Below are positions 41,445-50,512 of a stretch of 64,000 nucleotides of DNA, in pieces. Made by a program: the position numbers and the translations under genes. Each line of letters begins with the position of its first letter. Within the stretch, counting starts at the first letter, position 1. Where the stretch lies: the sequence record MK773491.1, one strand, 5' to 3'. The notes beneath the pieces were generated by a model. The model was not told where the DNA came from. It saw only the letters and a list, made by a program, of their open reading frames with translations, and ran no database searches.

Positions 41445-42410
41445 ATGAATAAATTAAACAGATCACAAGGTTGTTTAATGGGACTAGCTGTAGGTGATGC
41501 AGTAGGAACTACCTTAGAATTTAAACAAAGAGATTCAGAGAATATCACTGATATGGTAGGTGGTGGCCCATTCCAATTAGAAGTAGGTCAATGGACTGAT
41601 GATACCAGTATGGCATTATGTTTAGGCTATGCATTGCTAGAAGATCATAAAGTAGAAACTTCTGATTGGTCTAGATTGCAATTAGTTAATTACGTTGATT
41701 GGTACAAAAATGGTTATTGTAGTTCTAATGGATACTGCTTTGATATTGGCGGTACTACTCGTAATGCATTACTAAATTTCATCCGTAATGGTACACTTGT
41801 TAACAACGATCATTTCCTTGATTCTGGCAATGGTAGTTTAATGCGTTTAGCTCCAATCCCAATCTATTATAATACTGGTGCTGATGTTGATAAGTTCACC
41901 TACTTGTGCTATGCAGCCGATATGAGCAGTTCAACAACACATGCAAGTACTTTATGTCGTCAGTCATGTGTTGCGTTTTCTATACTACTTAATCGTGCTT
42001 TAAATGGCCCGATTGAATTAGAAAATGTTGAACATGATGTATTACAATCAAAGCGTTCATTACTTTCTTTCCAAGAAAAAGTTTGGGAAGGTCTTGTGAG
42101 TGAACCTTTAGTACTAGAAATCATGAATGGTTCTTATAAGAATAAGTCGCGTGATGAAATTAGTTCTAGTGGGTATGTTATTGATAGCTTAGAAGCCGCT
42201 CTATGGTGCTTCTGGAACACCGAAAACTTCCGTGACGCAATCCTATTAGCTGCTAACTTAGGTGACGATGCAGACACCGTAGCGGCAATTACAGGGCAGA
42301 TTGCAGGTGCTTTCTATGGTCTTGATGGTATACCAGATGAATGGGTACAGAAGATTACCAAGAAAGATGAAATTTTACAATTAGCAGAGGACTTGACAGA
42401 TGGGAATTAA
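41445..42410 (+). CDS. ADP-ribosylglycohydrolase (ARH/DraG family)
   Basis: GLAVGDAVG, WTDDTSMA, FDIGGTT, GNGSLMR, TH, NLGDDADTVAAITGQIAGA. Confidence 0.93.
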   Translation: MNKLNRSQGCLMGLAVGDAVGTTLEFKQRDSENITDMVGGGPFQLEVGQWTDDTSMALCLGYALLEDHKVETSDWSRLQLVNYVDWYKNGYCSSNGYCFDIGGTTRNALLNFIRNGTLVNNDHFLDSGNGSLMRLAPIPIYYNTGADVDKFTYLCYAADMSSSTTHASTLCRQSCVAFSILLNRALNGPIELENVEHDVLQSKRSLLSFQEKVWEGLVSEPLVLEIMNGSYKNKSRDEISSSGYVIDSLEAALWCFWNTENFRDAILLAANLGDDADTVAAITGQIAGAFYGLDGIPDEWVQKITKKDEILQLAEDLTDGN

Positions 42411-42624
42411 TATGTCATATTGCATGTTCGAGAATACATCGGCTGCAATGCAAGAAATTATTGACAAAATGTATGAAGATGACTTTGATCCAAACGAACT
42501 ATCTCCATACGAAAAACGTGCTTTCGATGCTCTATACGATCAAGTACAAACAATTAAAGACCGCCTAGATGAACTAGAAGAAAGGGAATGGGTAGATGAC
42601 GAGGATGAAGATTATGAAAAATGA
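42400..42624 (+). CDS. hypothetical acidic protein
   Basis: MSYCMFENT start. Confidence 0.65.
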   Translation: MGINMSYCMFENTSAAMQEIIDKMYEDDFDPNELSPYEKRAFDALYDQVQTIKDRLDELEEREWVDDEDEDYEK

Positions 42625-42814
42625 TGAACTACCATATATAGTGACTGAACGAATCGTCATTGATTTGGCATATAACCCAAATTATGGCGATAATCGCTTA
42701 TGTACTTGTGGTCATCCATATCATCGCCATTTCGATTCATATGAAGATATGGAACCAGTAGGTTGCAAGTACTGTGGCTGTTTTGAATTCGTAGAAAAAC
42801 TTGACAAAGACTAA
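42614..42814 (+). CDS. Cys/His-rich putative Zn-binding protein
   Basis: CTCGHPYHRH..CKYCGC; GAGGA RBS. Confidence 0.7.
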   Translation: MKNDELPYIVTERIVIDLAYNPNYGDNRLCTCGHPYHRHFDSYEDMEPVGCKYCGCFEFVEKLDKD

Positions 42815-42829
42815 TAAAGAGGATATGAT

Positions 42830-43021
42830 ATGCATCCAATACTGAAAATTATTTTTGGGATAGTTATTTTTAATACTATCATGGGTGCTATTAATGTATT
42901 TTTCATTGATAACATTGAAATCAAAACAACGTTGAACGTTATCATGTTTGTACTCATAGGTATTGAACTCATCCTATGTAGTATTTGTTGGCATTCACCA
43001 CTCGGAGAGAAAATAAAATGA
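42830..43021 (+). CDS. small 2-TM membrane protein
   Basis: Hydrophobic; TTGACA-17-TATGAT at 42801-42829. Confidence 0.6.
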   Translation: MHPILKIIFGIVIFNTIMGAINVFFIDNIEIKTTLNVIMFVLIGIELILCSICWHSPLGEKIK

Positions 43022-43512
43022 AATATTACATGGTAAATGAAACGGATGCTAGTGGTGCTGGACGCACGAACTTCACATACTATAAACTTTCAGATTCCAG
43101 TACTTTAGAAGATGCTAAAGAAATTTACACTGATGAAAATCCTTGGGTTAAGTATCAAGAATGTTCTCGTATGAAAGCCTTTGAAATTGATGAAAGTACT
43201 TACAACGCTGGTTTAGCGTTCAATCGTTACAATGAAGTATGTAACGAATCATACAATCGTGAGTGGAAAGAAGGAACTAAGCAATACCACAATGGTTATC
43301 TAGCAGAACATTATAACTTCTTTGCTACTCGCAAATGGGCCGAAATGTTTGCTAATCCAAATAAGATTGTGCGTATTGGTTATCCTAAATTACACAATGT
43401 TTATAAAATGGATGAAAACCGTAATTTACATTTCGTCTATCATTACTGTAATGATATAGATTTTCGTGATGATACACGTGGTCGTGAAGTAATAAGCTGG
43501 TATAAAAAATGA
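43018..43512 (+). CDS. hypothetical protein
   Basis: GGAG RBS supports ATG 43018. Confidence 0.65.
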   Translation: MKYYMVNETDASGAGRTNFTYYKLSDSSTLEDAKEIYTDENPWVKYQECSRMKAFEIDESTYNAGLAFNRYNEVCNESYNREWKEGTKQYHNGYLAEHYNFFATRKWAEMFANPNKIVRIGYPKLHNVYKMDENRNLHFVYHYCNDIDFRDDTRGREVISWYKK

Positions 43513-43709
43513 AAAAAGAACCAGTTTACGAACAGAAACTTTATTGTCCTCAATGTAAGAATGTGTACCAGTACAGAACGAATGAATGCGAAGTCTGTGG
43601 CTTCGCTATTCACAATCATTTTTGGGTAGATGAACGGTTTAAGGAATTACGCTCTTTCCGTGCTATCCGCTCAATGGAAAAATACATGGAAAATATGAGG
43701 AACGAATGA
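43509..43709 (+). CDS. Zn-ribbon protein
   Basis: CPQC..CEVC. Confidence 0.65.
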   Translation: MKKEPVYEQKLYCPQCKNVYQYRTNECEVCGFAIHNHFWVDERFKELRSFRAIRSMEKYMENMRNE

Positions 43710-44086
43710 ATATTACAGAACAAATGAAAACCATCCCATTTTTAAGTACTCGTATCTTCATTGAGGATGGTTATGAAAAAACTGTGAGTATTATCGCTTA
43801 CCGTGATAGTGAAGATTCACCATATAGTAATATTATTGCATGTCCACAATGCAATGGTATTGGTGCAATGGTAACTCTATTCACGAATGGTTGCATGGTC
43901 AAGTTAGATATGAATAAACTAATAATCACTGTTAACATTCCCGGTGATGAACCGTCTATTGCAACCTTTCCTCTTAATGTTGATGAGGGTGGCTTTTTCC
44001 AAGAAACAGTACTTCATGATTTCAAGGATATTACGTTCGAGCACCTAAAGGCTGTTCGTGATGTAGTGGAACTATATAATGACTAA
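43706..44086 (+). CDS. hypothetical protein, FQxS-motif family
   Basis: DEGGFFQETVLHDF. Confidence 0.65.
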   Translation: MNITEQMKTIPFLSTRIFIEDGYEKTVSIIAYRDSEDSPYSNIIACPQCNGIGAMVTLFTNGCMVKLDMNKLIITVNIPGDEPSIATFPLNVDEGGFFQETVLHDFKDITFEHLKAVRDVVELYND

Positions 44087-44513
44087 TTCTGAAAAGTTAA
44101 ACAAGATGTTGTATACATTCTTTTTAGCTGATGATGGGATTTACAATGAAGAACGTATCTTTTCTTACATGTCTTGTAATGCAACGAGATCAAAAGAATC
44201 ATTTGACACATTCTATTATATGGATGCAAGATGTTCATTGAATTTTGATTGTATTGAGGGTGTATTCAATAAGTTAATACTTTATCCTGATAGTTATAAT
44301 TCAGACGTACCATTTTTGAGTATTGATAGGGATGGTATGATTATTGGTGGTTGTGCAGGTAATGATAAAGATCTTTTCTTTTATAAAGATTGCATTCCTA
44401 CCAGTACTGAATTAAAGAAAATTGGTATGAATTGCGAAACATTGGATTTACTTAATTTCATATTGATTAAATTCAAACCAATCATGGATAGGATACAGAA
44501 GAAATTTAAATAA
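44079..44513 (+). CDS. hypothetical protein
   Basis: 144-aa ORF. Confidence 0.6.
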   Translation: MTNSEKLNKMLYTFFLADDGIYNEERIFSYMSCNATRSKESFDTFYYMDARCSLNFDCIEGVFNKLILYPDSYNSDVPFLSIDRDGMIIGGCAGNDKDLFFYKDCIPTSTELKKIGMNCETLDLLNFILIKFKPIMDRIQKKFK

Positions 44514-44518
44514 ATCTT

Positions 44519-44547
44519 GGGACAAACTAGGATTTATGTGATATAAT
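44519..44547 (+). promoter_or_regulatory. phage promoter, class GGGACAAA-N10-TGTGATATAAT
   Basis: Directly upstream of tRNA-Ser. Confidence 0.75.
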
Positions 44548-44555
44548 ATAATTAC

Positions 44556-44646
<91 letters not shown>

Positions 44647-44664
44647 TTTTAAAACGAGGTTTAT

Positions 44665-45936
44665 ATGGGTAGCTTTAATGCATCATGTGCAGTAAGTAAG
44701 TGTAGTATTAACCCCGGAGATCGTGTAAAATTGATCCCAATTGTAAGTACCACATCATTGAATACCGAATATAGCTCCCAAATGCATTTAGGTTTTGGAT
44801 GCTATTGTTATGATTATTTCAAATTCTTAGGTTTACCTATGGATGCGACATATGAAGATTATGGTAATTTTGAGGTATTACCGGGATTTGCATCGGATTA
44901 CAATTTGAGTATTATTAAACAAAATTATACTCAAACTCCATTACCAACAGATGCAGAAGAACGTAGATATCTCGATCGTGAACCATATGAAACCACGGCT
45001 GATGATTTAGATTGGGAAACTATTGGTAAGATGATCCATTACGGAACTATCTTCCTTGATAGCAATCAAGATTTTTCCCGTCGCAAACATCTAGGGTTTT
45101 TTCCTATTCTAGAATGCGTATACAACGTTATGATGGAACGCACACACGAGATGTACTTTGACAACCATTATTCTCGCGTAACACTAGATCAGTACTACGA
45201 AAGTCAAGTACAAGAACTTTCTGGATTCTCAAAAGAACTTGAAGCTAAGATTTCTGAATATATGGAACTTTTTGGTGATAGTATTGGTGAGATTGGTAAA
45301 TCTGGTAAGGTAATCACTGCCGAAGAGATTTATGAAAAAGCTGTACGCATGGCAGAGTTTAGTATTGGTAGTCATACCAATCGTGATGAGTACTCATATA
45401 AGAATACGTCAAGTATGACAACTATCCGTGAATCATATCAAGATTTGTACTCAAAACCATTGACTGATAATGAAGAACTTGCTATCATTAGACTTAAGGT
45501 TGAATTGCTTTTTGTGGTATGTGCACTAAATGCATTCCAGATTCCAATTCTACCTCCTATGACAGCAGGACAGCAGTACGATAAAACTGAACATGCATCT
45601 TTCTTGATTCGTATTGGTCAAGAGATTATGAACATGCAAAATAAAGACAATGATGAATCCGAGTTCAATGAATGGGAATTCAACACCACTGTTTCAGCGG
45701 TAGTTCAGGTTTCTTTGCAGAAATTGAGAGCACGTGCTGATAATGATTATCAGAATGAACGTGGTAAAAAAGCACTTGAACTAATTGATGATTTCGTGTT
45801 AGAATACCCTAATGGTATGGAAATGAATACTTCTGAACTTATGAACAGTAAGTATGCATTATTCACTGAGTACTTTGAAAGTAACCTACTTAACTTCAAA
45901 TTCATTGTTGACTTAACTGATGAAGATGAGGTATAA
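44665..45936 (+). CDS. hypothetical protein
   Basis: 423-aa ORF, GAGG RBS, MGSFNASCAVS start. Confidence 0.7.
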   Translation: MGSFNASCAVSKCSINPGDRVKLIPIVSTTSLNTEYSSQMHLGFGCYCYDYFKFLGLPMDATYEDYGNFEVLPGFASDYNLSIIKQNYTQTPLPTDAEERRYLDREPYETTADDLDWETIGKMIHYGTIFLDSNQDFSRRKHLGFFPILECVYNVMMERTHEMYFDNHYSRVTLDQYYESQVQELSGFSKELEAKISEYMELFGDSIGEIGKSGKVITAEEIYEKAVRMAEFSIGSHTNRDEYSYKNTSSMTTIRESYQDLYSKPLTDNEELAIIRLKVELLFVVCALNAFQIPILPPMTAGQQYDKTEHASFLIRIGQEIMNMQNKDNDESEFNEWEFNTTVSAVVQVSLQKLRARADNDYQNERGKKALELIDDFVLEYPNGMEMNTSELMNSKYALFTEYFESNLLNFKFIVDLTDEDEV

Positions 45937-45941
45937 TAAAT

Positions 45942-46295
45942 ATGAAAGTCGGTGAACTTTTAGAGATTTTGAAACAATTACCACCACAAGCTGAGGTTGT
46001 AATTCCAGTAAAATCCACATTAGATACTATTGGGCCAACCCCAAGCACTAAAATACATGCTGTATATAATGGTTTTGATTGGGATTCTGGAACTGTTCAA
46101 ATTTGGACTGATGACGTTTTAGTACGTTTCACACCAGAGCAACTTGAAGCATTCAAAGTAATGCAAAATGAAGCTCGTATGGTACGCCGTTCTGCATGGG
46201 CTGATGCTCGTAATAACGGTACAGACTATAATGCGGCAATGCATGACACAGAAAAAGATGTACACCCGTTGTTCAGGGTAACAAAGGATAAGTAA
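45942..46295 (+). CDS. hypothetical protein
   Basis: MKVGELLEILKQLP start, common in small phage proteins. Confidence 0.65.
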   Translation: MKVGELLEILKQLPPQAEVVIPVKSTLDTIGPTPSTKIHAVYNGFDWDSGTVQIWTDDVLVRFTPEQLEAFKVMQNEARMVRRSAWADARNNGTDYNAAMHDTEKDVHPLFRVTKDK

Positions 46296-46837
46296 TGGTA
46301 AAAGATATTCAACAACTAATTTCTCAGATTGAAGAATTCCTTAGTGATAAAGAAGGATTCAGTACTGAAGTAACAAATAATAAATGTGTAATTAAGATTA
46401 CCAATCCCGGTGATCGTGAAGTTCAATATGATGGTTATGAACTACTACTTTACACACTAGGTACACGTAAACTTGGAAGTGATATTGAACTAAATATTCA
46501 TGACACTGAAGATGGTAAGGTATTTGCAATTAATACTGAAGCTAAACTTGACCTACGTCAATATATGGCTGATGTGAATGCTGAACTATGCACAATTGAT
46601 GATGAAGACGTACAAAGTATTGTTGTATGTGATCAAACTGCGGAAGTTCCCCATCCTTATTGTGTACTAACGATTTTCAAAAACGGAAACTGGCTACGTC
46701 AAGATTTGACTATGGCAGAACTACTTTATGCAGCAACTCATGAACTAGTCATTGAGAAAGTTGATGGTGCGTATGTTTATCCTAAACTACGTGAGCTAGC
46801 AAATCGTGTGATTTCCGAAGTCCAAGAAAATAAATAA
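46295..46837 (+). CDS. hypothetical protein
   Basis: 180-aa ORF, AAGGA RBS. Confidence 0.7.
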   Translation: MVKDIQQLISQIEEFLSDKEGFSTEVTNNKCVIKITNPGDREVQYDGYELLLYTLGTRKLGSDIELNIHDTEDGKVFAINTEAKLDLRQYMADVNAELCTIDDEDVQSIVVCDQTAEVPHPYCVLTIFKNGNWLRQDLTMAELLYAATHELVIEKVDGAYVYPKLRELANRVISEVQENK

Positions 46838-46845
46838 AAAAACTT

Positions 46846-46874
46846 GGGACAAATCACTTATAATGTGATATAAT
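46846..46874 (+). promoter_or_regulatory. phage promoter, class GGGACAAA-N10-TGTGATATAAT
   Basis: Upstream of tRNA-Thr. Confidence 0.75.
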
Positions 46875-46920
46875 ATAAGTATGATAAGGAATGTGTTTGT
46901 ATGATTATCCTTATCATTTT

Positions 46921-46993
46921 GCATCTGTAGCTCAGTTGGTAGAGCAAACGCCTTGTAAGCGTTAGGCCGCTGGATCGTACCCAGTCAGGTGCA
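46921..46993 (+). tRNA. tRNA-Thr(TGT), atypical T-loop, no encoded CCA
   Basis: GCATCTG/CAGGTGC, AGCTCAGTTGGTAGAGC D arm, AACGC-CTTGTAA-GCGTT; T loop ATCGTAC; ends A-CAA. Confidence 0.75.
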
Positions 46994-47021
46994 CAACATC
47001 ATAATTCAAATATTATTCTCA

Positions 47022-47170
47022 GCACCACAAATAAAGATATCAAAAGAAAGGATTGGCTTTATGCAAATCTGATATTGATAAATGTGAGGCTTTATTATCG
47101 TATGATACGATGTGTAGAAGATATAATCCAGCGTTGTTTAGTTTTTTCTCCTTTTTAGGCTAAACAACAT
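47022..47170 (+). ncRNA. candidate structured RNA downstream of tRNA-Thr
   Basis: Three hairpins in an ORF-free gap; last loop carries TTTTTTCTCC. Confidence 0.4.
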
Positions 47171-47187
47171 TCCCTTTAATTTTGTTA

Positions 47188-47216
47188 TTGACTTTTGCCC
47201 GAACATGTGTTACAAT
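47188..47216 (+). promoter_or_regulatory. sigma70-like promoter
   Basis: TTGACT-17-TACAAT with TGTG just upstream of the -10. Confidence 0.6.
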
Positions 47217-47243
47217 ATGAACGGGCTTTCTTTTGGAGAAAAA

Positions 47244-47429
47244 ATGTCAAATATGATGAAGAAGTGGCTTGTAGGATTCTGTATTGCTCTTTACGTCCTA
47301 CTAGTAATGTTTAACGTAGTACCCGGAATGATATCGGCCCCCGATACTCTCCAAAACGTGCTCGGAATTGCAATCTTTGTATTCAGTTTCCCAGCAATCT
47401 ATGTAATTATCAAGAAGGTATTCAAATAA
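47244..47429 (+). CDS. small 2-TM membrane protein (SPFH partner)
   Basis: GGAG RBS, two hydrophobic helices. Confidence 0.65.
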   Translation: MSNMMKKWLVGFCIALYVLLVMFNVVPGMISAPDTLQNVLGIAIFVFSFPAIYVIIKKVFK

Positions 47430-48268
47430 TGTTCAAGAAAATTCTACTAGCAGTTGGTCTTATGGTTGGTGCACTAACCCTATCAGGTTGTGACCGTGTT
47501 GAACCGGGTTTTGTTGGTATTAAAGTCAACAAACTAGGTGATGATAAAGGTGTTGGTGAAGTTGTTGGCGTAGGCCGTGTATGGACTGGTATTAATACTG
47601 ACCTATACGTTTTCCCAATGTTCAAACAAATGAAATCATATGATGATGTGTTTACTTTCCAAATGCGTGACGGTACTACAATCGGTTATCATATTGGCGT
47701 TTCCTATAAAGTTGACCCAACTAAAGTTAAAACTGTTTTCCAAACGTATCGTAAAGGTGTAGATGATATTACCGATACTGATCTACGTATGAAAATCAGT
47801 GATTCACTAACTAGCCTAGCTAGTAAAATGACTACTGACCAATTTATCGACGGTGGTAAAGCTGCACTACTAGACGATGCACTAAAAGCTCTACAAGCTG
47901 AAATGAATCCAATTGGTATTCAAATCATGAGTCTATCTTGGATTGGTAAACCAGAGTATCCACCAAGTGTTATTGATTCTATCAATGCTAAAGTAACGGC
48001 TAACCAGAAAACGCTACAACGTCAGCAAGAAGTACAGCAACGTGAAGCGGAAGCTAACATGAAACGTGCTGAAGCAGCAGGTGAAGCAGATGCTAAACTA
48101 CGTCTAGCACAAGCGGAAGCTAAGAGTATCGAGATTCTAGGTGAAGCACTACGCCGCAACCCAGATGTTAAAGAACTTAAAGCTATTGAGAAGTGGGATG
48201 GTAAGCTACCCGGTATGATGGGTTCCCAAGCTGTACCATTTGTACAAATTCCAAATTCTGCTAATTAA
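47429..48268 (+). CDS. SPFH/band-7 (prohibitin-like) lipoprotein
   Basis: Lipobox LSGC, VEPGFVGIKV, coiled-coil EA repeats, AIEKWDGKLP. Confidence 0.9.
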   Translation: MFKKILLAVGLMVGALTLSGCDRVEPGFVGIKVNKLGDDKGVGEVVGVGRVWTGINTDLYVFPMFKQMKSYDDVFTFQMRDGTTIGYHIGVSYKVDPTKVKTVFQTYRKGVDDITDTDLRMKISDSLTSLASKMTTDQFIDGGKAALLDDALKALQAEMNPIGIQIMSLSWIGKPEYPPSVIDSINAKVTANQKTLQRQQEVQQREAEANMKRAEAAGEADAKLRLAQAEAKSIEILGEALRRNPDVKELKAIEKWDGKLPGMMGSQAVPFVQIPNSAN

Positions 48269-48284
48269 CAATTTGTGAATTCCT

Positions 48285-48313
48285 AAGCTCCTTCAGATGA
48301 AGGGGCTTTTATT
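48285..48313 (+). terminator. intrinsic terminator
   Basis: AAGCTCCTTC-agat-GAAGGGGCTT plus T tract. Confidence 0.75.
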
Positions 48314-48334
48314 TTACCCATAGGAAATAACCTT

Positions 48335-48727
48335 ATGTTTGATGTGGAAAATTTTATTAGTTCTCTTGAAGTTTTTGCTAGTCAAGAATCAATCAATTAT
48401 ACTATGATGAAAAAGAGTTTTGATTGTACTAAACATCTAGAAATTGATTCTTTCTCATCTAAAATGAAAATACGAATTAAAAAAAATGATCCAGAACTAG
48501 AGTATGAGTTGATCTATGACCCAGATATGGATTGGATTATATATGGATGTAGAAAAACACGATATATTTCCATTTATGGGGATTCAAGAAATATAGTATG
48601 TAGAAAATATTTTAAACAGATTAGTACTAAACATTATGAATATGTTCCACCTGCGATCATAGAACTAATCAAACAACTTCATGAGCATATTATTATTTCA
48701 ATTAAACTTAGGGAAAGAAATGGATAA
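48335..48727 (+). CDS. hypothetical protein
   Basis: 130-aa ORF. Confidence 0.6.
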   Translation: MFDVENFISSLEVFASQESINYTMMKKSFDCTKHLEIDSFSSKMKIRIKKNDPELEYELIYDPDMDWIIYGCRKTRYISIYGDSRNIVCRKYFKQISTKHYEYVPPAIIELIKQLHEHIIISIKLRERNG

Positions 48728-49145
48728 ATTTAAACAATATACAATACAACTATACAATAACTGTACAGAATTAATAGCAGATGTTCATCGTGGTCGTCGT
48801 AAATTTAGAAATATTTACGAATCAACACAAAAAGTTATCTTTGAAGACTTAGCTATGCGTACAGTGCAATTATCATCTAACGAGTTAGTACTTAAGTTTG
48901 AAAATATCTCAATATATTTCAGGGATAATATCATTCAGTTTTGTCTTAATCAGATTTCTTATGTTCATGATGTAATATACATACCGAACAACAAAGATTT
49001 TTCTTTTTATGAAATTTATAGCGAATGTGATCTATTTCAGTTAAGTACAGTAGTGGATACTAAATTAATTCGTTTCGAAGATATTGATTTATTGAATCGC
49101 ATCAAATCATATTTTGAATACCGCCATTTAGAAAATAATATTTGA
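48720..49145 (+). CDS. hypothetical protein, FQxS-motif family
   Basis: SECDLFQLSTVVD. Confidence 0.6.
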   Translation: MDKFKQYTIQLYNNCTELIADVHRGRRKFRNIYESTQKVIFEDLAMRTVQLSSNELVLKFENISIYFRDNIIQFCLNQISYVHDVIYIPNNKDFSFYEIYSECDLFQLSTVVDTKLIRFEDIDLLNRIKSYFEYRHLENNI

Positions 49146-49189
49146 TTATACCCGGAACATATGCTATAGTGTATAAAAAGGAGATATGT

Positions 49190-49648
49190 ATGAATATGCA
49201 AGAATACATGAAGTTGTTCACTGACGTTGATTTTTCAACGTGGACAATATTGAGAAATCGCAATAATAATATTATTTGGCTAAATCAGAATATTGATGGT
49301 TTAAAAATTCATATCAACCTCGCTAATGAACCGAGTGTCCGTTTTTATCAATTTAAAAAAGATGAAAAGAATGTCAGTACTGAACGTATGACAATAACAA
49401 ACAACTATATCAGATTTGAGGAAATGGTTGTTCACTATAATGAAGAAACTAAAAAACACACTAGTGAAGAAAACATTATTGCATACGTACCTAAGTACAA
49501 AGAAATATTTTCAGAAGAACAATTCTTCCAAGAAAGTCTAGTTAATGATTATGGTGATTTGGGATATAACGACATTCTAGTATTATCAGATCTAAGAGAC
49601 CGTGCGGTTGATATTGCTAAGAAGGAATTAGAAAATGTCGGAGCATGA
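49190..49648 (+). CDS. hypothetical protein, FQxS-motif family
   Basis: SEEQFFQESLVNDYG; AAGGAG RBS. Confidence 0.65.
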   Translation: MNMQEYMKLFTDVDFSTWTILRNRNNNIIWLNQNIDGLKIHINLANEPSVRFYQFKKDEKNVSTERMTITNNYIRFEEMVVHYNEETKKHTSEENIIAYVPKYKEIFSEEQFFQESLVNDYGDLGYNDILVLSDLRDRAVDIAKKELENVGA

Positions 49649-50183
49649 TATTATCAAAATGATTCCTAGTACTGCTAAAACTCTTCTCCGTAATATTTCA
49701 TTCAAGAAGATGAAACGTACTACCCGTCAAAAAGGCCGCTATTATTATCGTGGGAAACTATATGATTGTTTACGTGTAATTATTGATGTAAATGAACACA
49801 CGATTAAGTTTGCTCGTGAGTTGAAAGTTGGTTATGGTATGCGTAATGAATCATTGACATATGATTATAAGAATGGTACAGTACTAAAATACTTTCATGA
49901 ACCATCAGCCTATGATGCTGATTATAATAAAGTACAATACCCTTTTATTGATGATGAAGCCATGCATTTTATGGAAAGCACAATGCAAGATAAGTACTTT
50001 CCAACGGTAGAAGACTTTGCTAAAATAAAAGAACTTAAAGAACATTTTTATGAGGATGCAAAAGCATGGGAGAACGAACTTTACCAGAAAGAACAGGAAC
50101 GACGAAAGAAGAGTTGGAACGAATGGCAAGCCAAATTAAAAGTAACCCAGAAGAAATCATCGGGAAAGCATACATCCTTCTAA
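49635..50183 (+). CDS. hypothetical protein, FQxS-motif family (variant)
   Basis: DDEAMHFMESTMQD. Confidence 0.6.
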   Translation: MSEHDIIKMIPSTAKTLLRNISFKKMKRTTRQKGRYYYRGKLYDCLRVIIDVNEHTIKFARELKVGYGMRNESLTYDYKNGTVLKYFHEPSAYDADYNKVQYPFIDDEAMHFMESTMQDKYFPTVEDFAKIKELKEHFYEDAKAWENELYQKEQERRKKSWNEWQAKLKVTQKKSSGKHTSF

Positions 50184-50512
50184 GGAAAGATTTGGAGATG
50201 CCTGAAGGTAAACTTGCTGCTCAAGCTGGACACGCTATGGATCTGCTATGGGATTATATGCGTACTGACGCCAGTGATGAAGAAATTGAAGAGTTTGATA
50301 AATGGCATGATTCAGGTCGTCGTAAAATTATCTTGCGTTTAAAAGACGAAAGTGATATGATTAAGATTAATAATAAACTCATCGAAGAAGGGTTTAAACC
50401 GCATTTAATCTACGACTATGGAATCAACTTCTTTGATGGTTTGACATTCACTGGTTTAGTACTACTCAGTACTAAAGAAGTTAAAACTTTAAAACGTGTG
50501 AGGGTTTACTAA
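50123..50512 (+). CDS. peptidyl-tRNA hydrolase, Pth2 family
   Basis: ILLRKDLEMPEGKLAAQAGHA, RKIILR; start uncertain. Confidence 0.8.
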   Translation: MASQIKSNPEEIIGKAYILLRKDLEMPEGKLAAQAGHAMDLLWDYMRTDASDEEIEEFDKWHDSGRRKIILRLKDESDMIKINNKLIEEGFKPHLIYDYGINFFDGLTFTGLVLLSTKEVKTLKRVRVY

